A stretch of 64,000 nt of DNA from a bacterium (GTDB lineage Bacteria; JADJOY01): the NCBI GenBank assembly GCA_046331705.1, contig JAXLQJ010000014.1, forward strand, positions 1-64,000, given 5' to 3'. The position numbers were made by a program, and so were the translations under genes. Of the stretch, positions 1 through 10,023 are shown one piece after another. The notes beneath the pieces were generated by a model. That model was not told the DNA's origin. It was given only the letters and a program-made list of their open reading frames with translations, and did no database searches. Positions within the stretch are counted from its first letter, which is position 1. The number at the start of each line of letters is the position of its first letter.

Positions 1-270
1 CCGTTCTCCTCTGGCGCTGCTACTCGCCGCGCGGTTTCGCATGCTGTGAAGCAGAACGATGAGCCCGTGAATTCCTGCGGTCATGCCGACGATGGCGCCG
101 CCAAGCGTTCCCCAAGGCTCGATCGAGTAGCGCTTCCCGATCCACCCTCCCAGCCACAGGCCCCCGAGTACAGAGGCGCCGAACTGGGTCGCCATCGCGA
201 ACCCGTAACCCAGCTTGAGCATGGGGCCCGACTCGTTCGAGCCGGCACCGGATTCCGGTTGGCCTTCCAC
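1..270 (-). CDS. AtpZ/AtpI-family (ATPase gene 1) small membrane protein, 3' end beyond window edge
   Basis: Not in the ORF track (no stop inside the window). Hand translation from GTG 270 / ATG 222: MLKLGYGFAMATQFGASVLGGLWLGGWIGKRYSIEPWGTLGGAIVGMTAGIHGLIVLLHSM; two-helix hairpin with the G-x3-G-x2-(I)-x-K..P-W pattern; directly downstream of hemL, as in deltaproteobacterial hemL-atp(F0) loci. Confidence 0.8.
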   Translation of the reverse strand, partial: MEGQPESGAGSNESGPMLKLGYGFAMATQFGASVLGGLWLGGWIGKRYSIEPWGTLGGAIVGMTAGIHGLIVLLHSMRNRAASSSARGER

Positions 271-422
271 GCGAATGGTGGCCCATTCGAGCGCACCGCA
301 AGGGGTCGAAGAGTTGCCGAAGGGCCGCGGTTTCTAGCACGCGACTTCGCAACGCGTCAACAACACCAAGGGGCCGCGAACCCCCGCCGCCACAGCCGGT
401 TGTGGTCGCCGTGACCGAAGGG

Positions 423-1718
423 TCAAACCGCCTCTGCGGCTTGCGAAAAAGCGCGCCTGGCCACACCCACGACGAGGTCGATGTCGGCCTCGGTGAGCGC
501 CGTCGAGACCATCGCGGCCTCGAACTGCGAGGGAGGCAGGTAGACGCCGCCATCGAGCATCGCGCGGAAGAACACGCCGAACTGGCGCACGTCCGAGCGC
601 AGCGCCGACTCGTGATCCGTCACCGGCCCCGCTTGGAAGAACACCGTCAGCAGCGAGCCCACGCGATTGATCGAGACCGTCACGCCGGCCTCGCGCGCGG
701 CGCCCGCGAGCCCGTCGGCCAGCTGCGCGCCGCTCGACTCGAGCAGCTCGTAGACCTTCGGGTCCGCGAGCAGCTCGAGGGTGGCGATCCCGGCGGCCAT
801 CGCGAGCGGGTTCCCCGAAAGCGTGCCCGCTTGATACACGGGGCCCGCGGGCGCGATCCGATCCATCAGATCGGCGCGTCCGCCGTAAGCGCCCACCGGC
901 AATCCACCACCCAGGATCTTCCCCATCGTGGTGAGATCGGGACGCACCCCGAAGCGTTGCTGCGCGCCGCCCGGGGCGACGCGAAATCCCGTGATGACCT
1001 CGTCGAAGACGAGCAGCGCGCCAGCCCGATCGGCGAGCGCGCGCAAGCCCGCCAGAAATCCGTCCGCCGGCGGCACCAGCCCCATGTTGCCCGCGACCGG
1101 CTCGACGATGATCGCGGCCACCTGCGCGGGGTGCGCGTCGAGCAGCGCTTCCACGGAGGCGAGGTCGTTGTAGCGCGCGGTGAGCGTCTCCGCCGCTTGC
1201 GCCGGCGTGACTCCCGGGCTGTCGGGAACGCCGAGCGTCATGGCGCCCGAGCCCGCTTTCACCAGCAAGCCGTCGGAGTGCCCGTGATAACAGCCCTCGA
1301 ACTTGAGGACGAGCGAGCGTCCGGTCGCGGCGCGCGCGAGCCTGAGCGCGCTCATGCACGCCTCGGTTCCCGAGCTCACCATGCGCACCCGCTCGACGAA
1401 CGGCATGCGCTCCACGACGAGATCCGCGAGCCTGACCTCGCCCGGGCTGGGCGCGCCGTAGCTGGTGCCCCGGCGCGCCGCCTCGGAGATGGCGCTCACC
1501 ACGCTCGGATGCGCGTGGCCGACGATCATCGGGCCCCACGACGAGAGCAGATCGACGTATTCGTTGCCGTCGACGTCGATCAGCCGCGCGCCGTGTGCGC
1601 GGGCGATGAAACGGGGATCGCCACCCACCGCGCGGAACGCGCGGACGGGGCTGTTCACGCCGCCGGGAATCCGGCTGCGCGCGTGGGCAAAGAGCTTGTT
1701 GCTGAGCTCGGTACGCAT
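423..1718 (-). CDS. hemL: Glutamate-1-semialdehyde 2,1-aminomutase
   Basis: IPGGVNSPVRAF, FEGCYHGH, FDEVITGFR, TTMGKILGGGLP (PLP lysine), YQAGTLSGNP; start taken at ATG 1718. Confidence 0.97.
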   Translation of the reverse strand: MRTELSNKLFAHARSRIPGGVNSPVRAFRAVGGDPRFIARAHGARLIDVDGNEYVDLLSSWGPMIVGHAHPSVVSAISEAARRGTSYGAPSPGEVRLADLVVERMPFVERVRMVSSGTEACMSALRLARAATGRSLVLKFEGCYHGHSDGLLVKAGSGAMTLGVPDSPGVTPAQAAETLTARYNDLASVEALLDAHPAQVAAIIVEPVAGNMGLVPPADGFLAGLRALADRAGALLVFDEVITGFRVAPGGAQQRFGVRPDLTTMGKILGGGLPVGAYGGRADLMDRIAPAGPVYQAGTLSGNPLAMAAGIATLELLADPKVYELLESSGAQLADGLAGAAREAGVTVSINRVGSLLTVFFQAGPVTDHESALRSDVRQFGVFFRAMLDGGVYLPPSQFEAAMVSTALTEADIDLVVGVARRAFSQAAEAV

Positions 1719-1888
1719 CGGTGGCTGCGCTGTATACCCGCCGCATTCCACGCTTGACAATGCGAAGTGGCATGCGCCACGGTTGGCGCAGTCGTCGTGC
1801 CGCGCTGCATCACGCGCCCGTCGAAGTCTCTCACGAGCGCAACTCTCGCCGGTCGTTCGCTCGAGGCCGCCGGAATTCGGTCTGCCCG

Positions 1889-2242
1889 ATGAATCCGTAC
1901 ATCCCGGTCTTGATCACGTTCATCGCCGCCGGCCTGTTGATCGGCGTCTTTCTCTTCTTCTGCCACGCGTTCGGTCCCAAGCACACCTCCTCGATCAAGA
2001 GCGACCCCTTCGAGTGCGGCAATCCGCCCTCGGGCCCGGCTCACGATCGCTTCGCGGTGCGCTTCTACATCGTGGCGATGCTCTTCCTGCTGTTCGACAT
2101 CGAAGTCGTGTTCCTCTACCCGTGGGCCATCCTCTTCAAGGACTTGGGCGGCCTCGGGATCGTGGAGATGGGCTTCTTCCTCGCGCTGCTGGTGGGCGGC
2201 CTCGCGTACGTGTGGTGGCGCGGCGCCCTCGAGTGGGAATGA
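1889..2242 (+). CDS. nuoA: NADH-quinone oxidoreductase subunit A
   Basis: KSDPFECG, RFYIVAMLFLLFDIEVVFLYPWA, C-terminal GALEWE; start at ATG 1889. Confidence 0.96.
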   Translation: MNPYIPVLITFIAAGLLIGVFLFFCHAFGPKHTSSIKSDPFECGNPPSGPAHDRFAVRFYIVAMLFLLFDIEVVFLYPWAILFKDLGGLGIVEMGFFLALLVGGLAYVWWRGALEWE

Positions 2243-2287
2243 CCCTCGGTGCCCGGCCAACCCAGCGTTCCGTGAGCTGATCGAACC

Positions 2288-3370
2288 GTGGATCTCATCG
2301 CAATCCTGATCGTGGTGGCGAAAGTCGCCTTCGTGCTGGTGGTGGTGCTCCACTTCGGCGCCCTCATGACGTGGGCCGAGCGCAAGCAAGCCGCGCTGAT
2401 CCAGGATCGCATCGGCCCCAACCGGATCAACATCCTGGGGGTCAAGGCGATCGGTCTCATCCAGATCGTGGCGGATGGGATCAAGATGATCATGAAGGAA
2501 GACTTCATCCCGGCAGGCGCGCATCGCCTCTACCACACGCTGGCGCCGGCCATCGCCATGTTCCCGGCGTTGGTCGCGCTGGCGGTGGTCCCGTTCGGGC
2601 CGAGCTTCGACGTCGCGGGCCGGCACATCGAGCTGCAGGTGGCGCACCTCGACGTCGGCATCCTCTTCGTGCTGGCGGTGAGCTCGCTCGGCGTCTACGG
2701 CATCGCGCTCGCGGGCTGGGCCTCGAACAACAAGTACTCGCTGCTCGGCACCGTGCGCGCGACCGCGCAGATGATCAGCTACGAGATCCCGATGGGGCTC
2801 GCGATCATCGGCATCGTCATGACCTACGGCACGCTCGAGATGAACAAGATCGTCGAGCTGCAGGGCGAGTATTTCCGTCTCGGCGGGTTCCCGATCCTGC
2901 CCAAGTGGGGGATCTTCTACCAGCCGCTCGGCTTCGTCCTGCTCTTCACGGCGCTCATCGCCGAGACCAAGCGCACGCCGTTCGACTTGCCCGAGGGCGA
3001 GAGCGAGCTGGTGGCCGGGTTCAACGTCGAGTACTCGGGGATGAAGTGGGGGATGTTCTTCCTCGGGGAGTTCGCCTCGATCGTCGTGGTGTCGGCGCTC
3101 ATGGCCACGCTCTACCTGGGCGGCTGGCAGATTCCGTACGTGGATCTGCCGGCGTTGCCGGTGCTGCCGCGGGTGCTGCTCGGCATCGTGGCGTTCTTCG
3201 GCAAGGTGATCGTGCTGTGCTTCCTCCAGCTGTTGATTCGCTGGACGCTGCCGCGCTTCCGCTACGACCAGCTCATGGACCTCGGCTGGAAGCGGCTGCT
3301 GCCGCTCGCCATCGCCAACGTTCCTCTCACCGCCGTGTGGATCTGGCTCCTCGGCGGGATGCACGGCTGA
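2288..3370 (+). CDS. nuoH: NADH-quinone oxidoreductase subunit H
   Basis: ERKQAALIQDRIGPNR, AQMISYE, AETKRTPFDLPEGESELVAGFNVEYSG, PRFRYDQLM. Confidence 0.97.
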   Translation: MDLIAILIVVAKVAFVLVVVLHFGALMTWAERKQAALIQDRIGPNRINILGVKAIGLIQIVADGIKMIMKEDFIPAGAHRLYHTLAPAIAMFPALVALAVVPFGPSFDVAGRHIELQVAHLDVGILFVLAVSSLGVYGIALAGWASNNKYSLLGTVRATAQMISYEIPMGLAIIGIVMTYGTLEMNKIVELQGEYFRLGGFPILPKWGIFYQPLGFVLLFTALIAETKRTPFDLPEGESELVAGFNVEYSGMKWGMFFLGEFASIVVVSALMATLYLGGWQIPYVDLPALPVLPRVLLGIVAFFGKVIVLCFLQLLIRWTLPRFRYDQLMDLGWKRLLPLAIANVPLTAVWIWLLGGMHG

Positions 3371-3377
3371 GCTCGCG

Positions 3378-3914
3378 ATGAGTGCTGCGATCGCCTTCTA
3401 CGTCCTGGCCCTCGGCGCGGTCACCACCGCACTGGGCGTGGTCCTGCTGCGCAACCCGATCTCGAGCGCGCTCAATCTGGTCTTGAGCTTGTGCTTCGTC
3501 GCCGGGATCTACGCCCTCCTCGAGGCGCACTTCGTCGCGGCGGTGCAGGTCACCGTGTACGCCGGCGCGATCATGGTGCTCTTCACGTTCGTGATCATGC
3601 TCCTCGACCTCGCCCGCGAGCCCATCCAGCACGGTCCGCCCGAGGGGCTCGGGAAGGCGGCGGTGATGGGCGCCCTCGGCGCGATCTTCGTCGGCATCGT
3701 CATGAACGCCGTGCGCGGCGACATCCGGGCACCCGGCTCGGCGGGGCTGCCGCCGGCGAGAGTGGCCGAGCTCGGCGGCAATTCGCGGCTCGTGGGTGAG
3801 CTGCTCTTCGGCCCGTACCTGCTGCCGTTCGAGATCGCCGGCGTGCTGCTGGTGGTCGCGCTGGTGGGGACGGTGGTCATGGCGAAGCGCGAACGCGAAG
3901 GGAAAGCCTCGTGA
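3378..3914 (+). CDS. nuoJ: NADH-quinone oxidoreductase subunit J
   Basis: [39 protein letters not shown]. Confidence 0.95.
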   Translation: MSAAIAFYVLALGAVTTALGVVLLRNPISSALNLVLSLCFVAGIYALLEAHFVAAVQVTVYAGAIMVLFTFVIMLLDLAREPIQHGPPEGLGKAAVMGALGAIFVGIVMNAVRGDIRAPGSAGLPPARVAELGGNSRLVGELLFGPYLLPFEIAGVLLVVALVGTVVMAKREREGKAS

Positions 3915-4213
3915 TCACCTTGGCGCACTACCTGGGGCTCAGCGCCGCGCTGTTCGCGATCGGCGCCACGGGCGTCCTGGTCCGCAAGAACGCGTTGATC
4001 GTGTTCATGAGCGTCGAGCTGATGCTCAACGCCTCGCACCTGGCACTGGTCGCGTTCTCGCGCTTTCGCGAGGCGCTCGACGGGCAGGTGCTGGTGTTCT
4101 TCGGCATGACGGTGGCGGCCGCCGAGGTCGCCGTGGGGCTGGCGATCATCATCGCCGTGTTCCGCTCGCGCAAGACGGTGAACATCGACGAGCTCAGGAC
4201 CTTGAACGGATGA
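3911..4213 (+). CDS. nuoK: NADH-quinone oxidoreductase subunit K
   Basis: [21 protein letters not shown]; 100 aa. Confidence 0.97.
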   Translation: MITLAHYLGLSAALFAIGATGVLVRKNALIVFMSVELMLNASHLALVAFSRFREALDGQVLVFFGMTVAAAEVAVGLAIIIAVFRSRKTVNIDELRTLNG

Positions 4214-6168
4214 GCGGCGCAACCGGAGAGGCGATGACACAGGTTCCGACGGCGTTGGCCGCGGTGCCGCTGATCCCGCTGTTGCCGCTCTTCGGCGCGG
4301 CGATGAACGGGATCCTGGGCCGGACGTTCAACCGCACCGTGGTCTCGGCGATCGGGTGCGGGACGCTCGGCATCTCGTTCGCCCTCACGGTGTGGGCGTT
4401 CCTGGCGTTCCCCGCAGGCGCGGAGCCGCACGTCCTGACGCTCTTCCCGTGGATCCAGGCCGGCGGGTTCCACGTGGACGCAGGGCTCCAGATCGACCAG
4501 CTCTCGCTGACGCTGATGCTGGTGGTGACGGGCGTGGGCTTCCTGATCCACGTCTACTCGACCGCGTACATGCACGAAGACCCCAGCTACGCGCGCTACT
4601 TCGCGTACCTGAACCTGTTCGTGTTCGCGATGTCGATGCTGGTGCTGGGGTCCTCGCTTCCGCTCATGTTCCTGGGCTGGGAGGGCGTGGGCCTGTGCTC
4701 GTACCTGCTGATCGGGTTCTGGTTCGAGGACCCGGCGAAGGCGAGCGCCGGGAAGAAGGCGTTCATCGTCAATCGCATCGGCGACGCCGGCTTCATCCTC
4801 GGCGTGCTGTGGCTCTACCAGGCGACCGGGCGCGTGGACTTCGAGGGGCTACGCGCGGCGATCCAGGCGAACCCAGGCCTGGTGAGCGGCGCGGCCACCG
4901 GCATCGGGCTGCTGCTCTTCGTGGGCGCTTGCGGCAAGAGCGCCCAGATCCCGCTCTACGTGTGGTTGCCGGACGCGATGGCTGGACCCACGCCGGTCTC
5001 GGCGCTGATCCACGCGGCCACGATGGTCACGGCGGGCGTGTACATGATCGCGCGCCTCAACTTCGTCTACGTGCTCGCACCGGTGGCCATGACCGTGGTG
5101 GCATGCGTCGGCGCAGCGACCGCGCTCTTCGCCGGCACCATCGGGCTCGCGCAGTGGGACATCAAGAAGGTCCTCGCCTACTCCACCGTGAGCCAGCTCG
5201 GCTACATGTTTCTCGCGGTGGGCGTGGGAGCCTTCGACGCCGGCGTCTTCCACCTCGTGACCCACGCGTTCTTCAAGGCGCTGCTCTTCCTCGGCTCGGG
5301 CAGCGTGATCCACGCCCTCGGCGGCGAGCAGGACATCCGCAAGATGGGTGGCCTCGCGAAGAAGATCCCGGGCACGTGCGCGACCTTCGTGATCGGCACG
5401 ATCGCCATCGCGGGAATCTGGCCCTTCGCAGGCTTCTACTCGAAGGACGAGATCCTGATCGGCGCGCTCGTGCACCGCAATCCGGTCGTGGGCGTGCTGC
5501 CGCAGGTGCTGTGCGCCGTGGGCCTCGTCGCGGCGATCATCACCGCGTTCTACATGTGGCGGCTCACGGTGCTCACGTTCTTCAGTCCCTCGCGGATGGA
5601 CCACGAGGTCGAGCATCACGTCCACGAATCGCCGATCGCGATGCTGGGACCGCTGGTGATCCTGGCGGTGCTCAGCGCCGGCGCGGGCGCATTCCTGGTT
5701 CACGTGCGACCGCTGCACCATTTCCTGGAGCCGATCTTCGAGATCGTCGGTGCCGCGCCCCCGTGGGGCACGGTGGACGAGCATGCGCTGCACACGGCCG
5801 AGTCGAGCCTGCCCATCGTGAGCGTGCTGGCGGCGCTCGCGGCTTCCGGCGCGGCGTTCGCGATCTTCCGGCGCGGCGTGCCCCCGATCCCCAAGTCGGT
5901 CGAGCCGGTGCAAACGCTGCTCGAGAACAAGTACTGGGTGGACGAGGGCTACGCAGCCGCGATCGTGCGCCCGTTCTGGGCCGTGAGCCGCTGGCTCTGG
6001 AGGTTCGTGGACGCCGTCGTCATCGACGGCATCGTGAACGGCGTGGCGGCCGTCGCCGTCGCCACCAGCGGTGCGGTGCGCCGCTGGACCACCGGCAACA
6101 CCCAGATCTACGCACTCTCGATCTTCCTGGGACTCTTGGCGCTCTTGGCCGCGCTCACGATCGTGTGA
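4210..6168 (+). CDS. nuoL: NADH-quinone oxidoreductase subunit L
   Basis: [61 protein letters not shown] 4210 overlaps the nuoK stop. Confidence 0.97.
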   Translation: MSGATGEAMTQVPTALAAVPLIPLLPLFGAAMNGILGRTFNRTVVSAIGCGTLGISFALTVWAFLAFPAGAEPHVLTLFPWIQAGGFHVDAGLQIDQLSLTLMLVVTGVGFLIHVYSTAYMHEDPSYARYFAYLNLFVFAMSMLVLGSSLPLMFLGWEGVGLCSYLLIGFWFEDPAKASAGKKAFIVNRIGDAGFILGVLWLYQATGRVDFEGLRAAIQANPGLVSGAATGIGLLLFVGACGKSAQIPLYVWLPDAMAGPTPVSALIHAATMVTAGVYMIARLNFVYVLAPVAMTVVACVGAATALFAGTIGLAQWDIKKVLAYSTVSQLGYMFLAVGVGAFDAGVFHLVTHAFFKALLFLGSGSVIHALGGEQDIRKMGGLAKKIPGTCATFVIGTIAIAGIWPFAGFYSKDEILIGALVHRNPVVGVLPQVLCAVGLVAAIITAFYMWRLTVLTFFSPSRMDHEVEHHVHESPIAMLGPLVILAVLSAGAGAFLVHVRPLHHFLEPIFEIVGAAPPWGTVDEHALHTAESSLPIVSVLAALAASGAAFAIFRRGVPPIPKSVEPVQTLLENKYWVDEGYAAAIVRPFWAVSRWLWRFVDAVVIDGIVNGVAAVAVATSGAVRRWTTGNTQIYALSIFLGLLALLAALTIV

Positions 6169-6205
6169 CCTGGAACGCGCCGAAGCGAGTTGGCAAGGCG
6201 AGCCG

Positions 6206-7801
6206 ATGACCTCCCTCTTCCACGTGCTGCATCCCCTGACGGTGCTGCTCGCGCTCCCGCTGGTGGGAGCCGTGATCCTGCTGGCGGTCCGGGGCCTCGA
6301 CGAGCGCTCGGTACGGCAGATCGCGCTGATCTTCTCCGGCGTCACGTTCCTCGTGAGCTTGGCGGTCTTCCTCGGCACGCCGGGCGGCGCGCTCGCCCAG
6401 AGCCTCGGTCAGCCGGTCTCCGACGAGGTTCAGGCGACCTGGATCCCTTCGCTGGGCATCAGCTACCACCTCAAGATCGACGGGCTCAGCCATTTCCTGG
6501 TGTTGCTCACGACGTTCCTGACCCCACTGGTGATCCTGGGCTCGTGGGAGGCCGTCGACCGCCGCGTCGCTGGCTACCACGCCGCGATGCTCGCGCTCGA
6601 GAGCGCGATGATCGGCGCGTTCCTCGCCGTGGATCTCTTCCTCTTCTACGTGTTCTGGGAAGCGATGCTCATCCCGATGTACTTCCTCATCGGGGTGTGG
6701 GGCGGAAAGCGCCGGATCTACGCGACGGTCAAGTTCTTCCTCTACACGCTGGTGGGCAGCCTGCTCATGCTGGTGGCGATCGTGAAGCTCGCGTTCGTCG
6801 TCGCGGGACTCAACGGCGGGCAGCTCTCGTTCGACCTCGCCGATCTGATGGCGTCGCACGGACGCATTCCCCCAGCCGTCCAGGCCTGGCTCTTCGCCGC
6901 GTTCGCGGCGAGCTTCGCGATCAAGGTGCCGCTCTTCCCGTTCCACACCTGGCTGCCCGACGCCCACGTCGAGGCTCCCACGGGCGGATCGGTGATCCTG
7001 GCCGGCATCCTCCTCAAGATGGGAACGTACGGTTTCCTGCGCTTCGCCATCCCGCTCTTCCCGGTGGCGGCGATGCAAGCCGCGCCCTGGATCATCGGGC
7101 TCGCCGCGATCGGAATCGTCTACGGCGCGTGGGTCGCGAGCGTGCAGCAGGACGTGAAGAAGCTGGTCGCCTATTCCAGCGTGAGCCACTTGGGCTACGT
7201 GATGCTCGGGCTCTTCGTCTTCAACGTCGAGGGCATGCAGGGCGCGCTGCTGCAGATGATCAACCACGGTCTCTCGACGGGCGCGCTCTTCTTCCTGGTG
7301 GGCATGATCTACGAGCGACGCCACACCCGCGAGCTGGCGGCGTTCGGCGGCATCGCGAAGGTGATGCCGGTGTTCGCGGCGCTCTTCCTCGTCGTGACGC
7401 TCTCCTCGATCGGACTACCCGGGCTGAACGGCTTCATCGGGGAGCTTCTGGTGCTGGCTGGCGCGTTCCCGGTGTCGAAGGTGCTCACGCTGGTGGTGGC
7501 CACCGGCATGATCTGGGGCGCCGTCTACATGCTCACCGCGTACCAGAAGGTGTTCTTCGGACCTGTGACGCTGGACGAGAACCGATCCCTCGTCGATCTC
7601 GGCAAGCGCGAGATCGCGATCCTGCTCTTGATGCTCGCGCCGTGCGTGTGGATCGGCGTCTATCCGCGCCCCTTGCTGGCGCGCGCCGAGCCCGAGCTCA
7701 CGCAGCTCACCGATCAGGTTCGCGAGGACTACGCGACCGCCATGGGTGAGCCGGTGCGGCGCGCCCAGGAACGCTTGAACCGCGTCACCAGCACGCGCTG
7801 A
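6206..7801 (+). CDS. nuoM: NADH-quinone oxidoreductase subunit M
   Basis: FYVFWEAMLIPMY, KVPLFPFHTWLPDAHVEAPT, LLKMGTYG, KKLVAYSSVSHLG; start at ATG 6206. Confidence 0.97.
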   Translation: MTSLFHVLHPLTVLLALPLVGAVILLAVRGLDERSVRQIALIFSGVTFLVSLAVFLGTPGGALAQSLGQPVSDEVQATWIPSLGISYHLKIDGLSHFLVLLTTFLTPLVILGSWEAVDRRVAGYHAAMLALESAMIGAFLAVDLFLFYVFWEAMLIPMYFLIGVWGGKRRIYATVKFFLYTLVGSLLMLVAIVKLAFVVAGLNGGQLSFDLADLMASHGRIPPAVQAWLFAAFAASFAIKVPLFPFHTWLPDAHVEAPTGGSVILAGILLKMGTYGFLRFAIPLFPVAAMQAAPWIIGLAAIGIVYGAWVASVQQDVKKLVAYSSVSHLGYVMLGLFVFNVEGMQGALLQMINHGLSTGALFFLVGMIYERRHTRELAAFGGIAKVMPVFAALFLVVTLSSIGLPGLNGFIGELLVLAGAFPVSKVLTLVVATGMIWGAVYMLTAYQKVFFGPVTLDENRSLVDLGKREIAILLLMLAPCVWIGVYPRPLLARAEPELTQLTDQVREDYATAMGEPVRRAQERLNRVTSTR

Positions 7802-7838
7802 GCCGACCGTCCGGAACCCCTTCGCGGAGCCCGCAACC

Positions 7839-9308
7839 GTGCACTTCCCGCCCCTCCAATTCGACTGGGTCGCTGCCGTCCCGGTGATGCTGCTCTCGCT
7901 CGGCGGGCTGGGCGTGCTGCTGCTCGATGCCTGGAACCAGGGCCGCAAGCCCGCGGCGACGGCAACGAGCGCGGTGGCGGTGCTGGCGCTGGCCATCCTG
8001 TGGCTGGCGCATCCGCTGGCGCCGTCGGCGAGCGCCGCGGACGCCCGCAGCTTCACGCACATGCTGGTGGTCGACGGCATGGGCGTGTTCGTGACCGTGG
8101 TGTGCGCGCTCGCCGGCCTCGGAACCTTGCTGCTGACGCCGAGCTACAGCGAGCGAGAGAGCTTTCACGCTCGCGAGATCTACGCGCTGGTGGTGCTCGC
8201 GGTGGCGGGGATGTCCGTGCTCGCCATGGGCACCGATCTGATGGTGCTGTTCCTCGGCCTCGAGATCATGAGCCTCGCGGTCTACGTGCTCGCGGGCTAC
8301 CAGCGGCGCGAGGGGCGCTCGGTGGAAGCGGCGCTCAAGTACTTCCTGCTGGGCGCGTTCGCCTCGGCGATCTTCCTCTACGGCCTCACGTTCGTGTACG
8401 GCGCGGCTGGATCGGTGCGGCTCGACGTGGTGGCGACGGCGCTCTCGAACGAGAACCCGTACACGGCGCGGCTGGCGCAGATCGGCTTGGCGCTGCTGCT
8501 GGCGGGACTCGGATTCAAGATCGCCGCGGTCCCGTTCCACCTCTGGACGCCCGATGTCTATCAAGGCGCCCCCACACCCGTGACCGCCTTCATGTCCTCG
8601 GCGGTGAAGGCGGCGGCGTTCGCGCTGGCGCTGCGGGTGCTGCGGGTGGGATTCGGCGCCCACCCCGCGCTCTGGACCGAGGCGGTCAAGTGGCTGGCCA
8701 TCGCCACCATGGTGGTGGGAAATCTCGCGGCGCTGACGCAGCGCGATCTGAAGCGAATGCTCGCGTATTCGTCGATCGCCCACGCGGGCTACCTGCTGGC
8801 CGGAGTGGCGGCGGGGCATCCCGCGGGAACCGCGGCGGTGCTCTTCTACCTGGCGGCGTACCTGGTCGCGAATCTCGGTGCGTTCGCGGTGCTGGTGGCG
8901 ATCGGCGAGAAGGGCGAGGCCAATCTCACGCTGGCGGACGTCGCCGGGCTCTATCGCACGCGACCCGGGCTGGCGTTCGCGCTCTCGGCGTGCCTGCTGT
9001 CGCTGGCCGGCATCCCGCCCACGGCTGGATTCTTCGGCAAGTTCCTGGTCTTCAACGCGGCCATCCGTGCGCACATGATCGGAAGCGCCGTGCTCATCGC
9101 GCTCACGAGCGCCCTGAGCCTCGGTTACTATCTGATCGTGATCGTGAAGATGTACATGGCCGAGCCGGCGCGCGAGTACCGCACGGCGGAGCTCACGACC
9201 GGCGTTCGCGTGGTGGTGGTTGCCTCGCTCGTCGGCGTGTTCGTGCTCGGGATCCTGCCCACGTTGGTCCAGGGGCTGGCCGAGCAGGCAGCGTTCCCGC
9301 TTCCCTGA
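7839..9308 (+). CDS. nuoN: NADH-quinone oxidoreductase subunit N
   Basis: EAALKYFLLG, FKIAAVPFHLWTPDVYQGAPTP, KRMLAYSSIAHAGY, SLAGIPPTAGFFGK. Confidence 0.97.
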   Translation: MHFPPLQFDWVAAVPVMLLSLGGLGVLLLDAWNQGRKPAATATSAVAVLALAILWLAHPLAPSASAADARSFTHMLVVDGMGVFVTVVCALAGLGTLLLTPSYSERESFHAREIYALVVLAVAGMSVLAMGTDLMVLFLGLEIMSLAVYVLAGYQRREGRSVEAALKYFLLGAFASAIFLYGLTFVYGAAGSVRLDVVATALSNENPYTARLAQIGLALLLAGLGFKIAAVPFHLWTPDVYQGAPTPVTAFMSSAVKAAAFALALRVLRVGFGAHPALWTEAVKWLAIATMVVGNLAALTQRDLKRMLAYSSIAHAGYLLAGVAAGHPAGTAAVLFYLAAYLVANLGAFAVLVAIGEKGEANLTLADVAGLYRTRPGLAFALSACLLSLAGIPPTAGFFGKFLVFNAAIRAHMIGSAVLIALTSALSLGYYLIVIVKMYMAEPAREYRTAELTTGVRVVVVASLVGVFVLGILPTLVQGLAEQAAFPLP

Positions 9309-9330
9309 TCTCCCGCGCCACGAGGTGACC

Positions 9331-9816
9331 ATGCCGGCGAGCTCGCTCTACGATCTCACCGTCGACGACCTCGCGGGCCGACCGGTCGCGCTCGCGGATT
9401 TCGCCGGTCGCGTCACGCTCTGCGTGAACGTCGCGAGCGAGTGCGGATACACGCCCCAGTACAAGGGCCTGCAGCGACTCCACGAGAGCCTGAGCAGCCG
9501 CGGCTTCGCCGTGCTGGGGTTTCCCTCGAACGAGTTCGGCGGCCAGGAGCCCGGGACTCCCGAGCAGATTCGGTCGTTTTGCGAGACCAAGTTCGGGGTC
9601 ACGTTCCCGCTCTTCGAGAAGCTCGTGACCCAGCCCGGTCCCGCACAGTCCCCCGTCTATCGGTTCCTCACCGACGGACGCGAGGCGCCCGACTGGAACT
9701 TCTGCAAGTACCTCGTCGACAAGCGCGGCCAAGTCATCGCCTTCTACAAGAGCGCGGTGAGCCCCAAGGATCCCGCGCTTCACGCCGCCATCGAAGCGGC
9801 ACTCGCCGCGCCCTGA
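9331..9816 (+). CDS. Glutathione peroxidase (Cys type)
   Basis: NVASECGYTPQY (Cys encoded by TGC), FPSNEFGGQEPG, WNFCKYLV; start at ATG 9331 after GAGG. Confidence 0.93.
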   Translation: MPASSLYDLTVDDLAGRPVALADFAGRVTLCVNVASECGYTPQYKGLQRLHESLSSRGFAVLGFPSNEFGGQEPGTPEQIRSFCETKFGVTFPLFEKLVTQPGPAQSPVYRFLTDGREAPDWNFCKYLVDKRGQVIAFYKSAVSPKDPALHAAIEAALAAP

Positions 9817-9955
9817 CGCGGGCGCGCGCCGCCAACCGCCGAACACGCTGCCGGTCGTTGGCAGTCGCCGCCAACGCGAGTTGGCACCCGCGCCACCTCC
9901 CCGAGCGCAAGCGCGCGAAATGCGAAGGGCTCGTCCGCGGTTCCCGCGGGCGAGC

Positions 9956-9970
9956 TGGCACCGGCTTTGC
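9956..9970 (+). promoter_or_regulatory. Sigma54 (-24/-12) promoter for the downstream surface protein
   Basis: TGGCACCGGCTTTGC matches TGGCAC-N5-TTGC with GG-N10-GC spacing; 54 nt upstream of ATG 10024. Confidence 0.7.
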
Positions 9971-10023
9971 CCTGTCCCCCGCCGCGCCGGACGTTCCGAC
10001 GCGAAACCGCATTGGGGGGAGTC

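Noticed and set aside
1-420. Structured ncRNA (e.g. 6S) or the listed ORFs 20..553, 46..414 and 81..296
   Set aside because: Better explained by the minus-strand atpZ-like frame; the listed ORFs have no recognisable motifs
9331-9816. Selenocysteine glutathione peroxidase
   Set aside because: The active-site codon is TGC (Cys), not TGA
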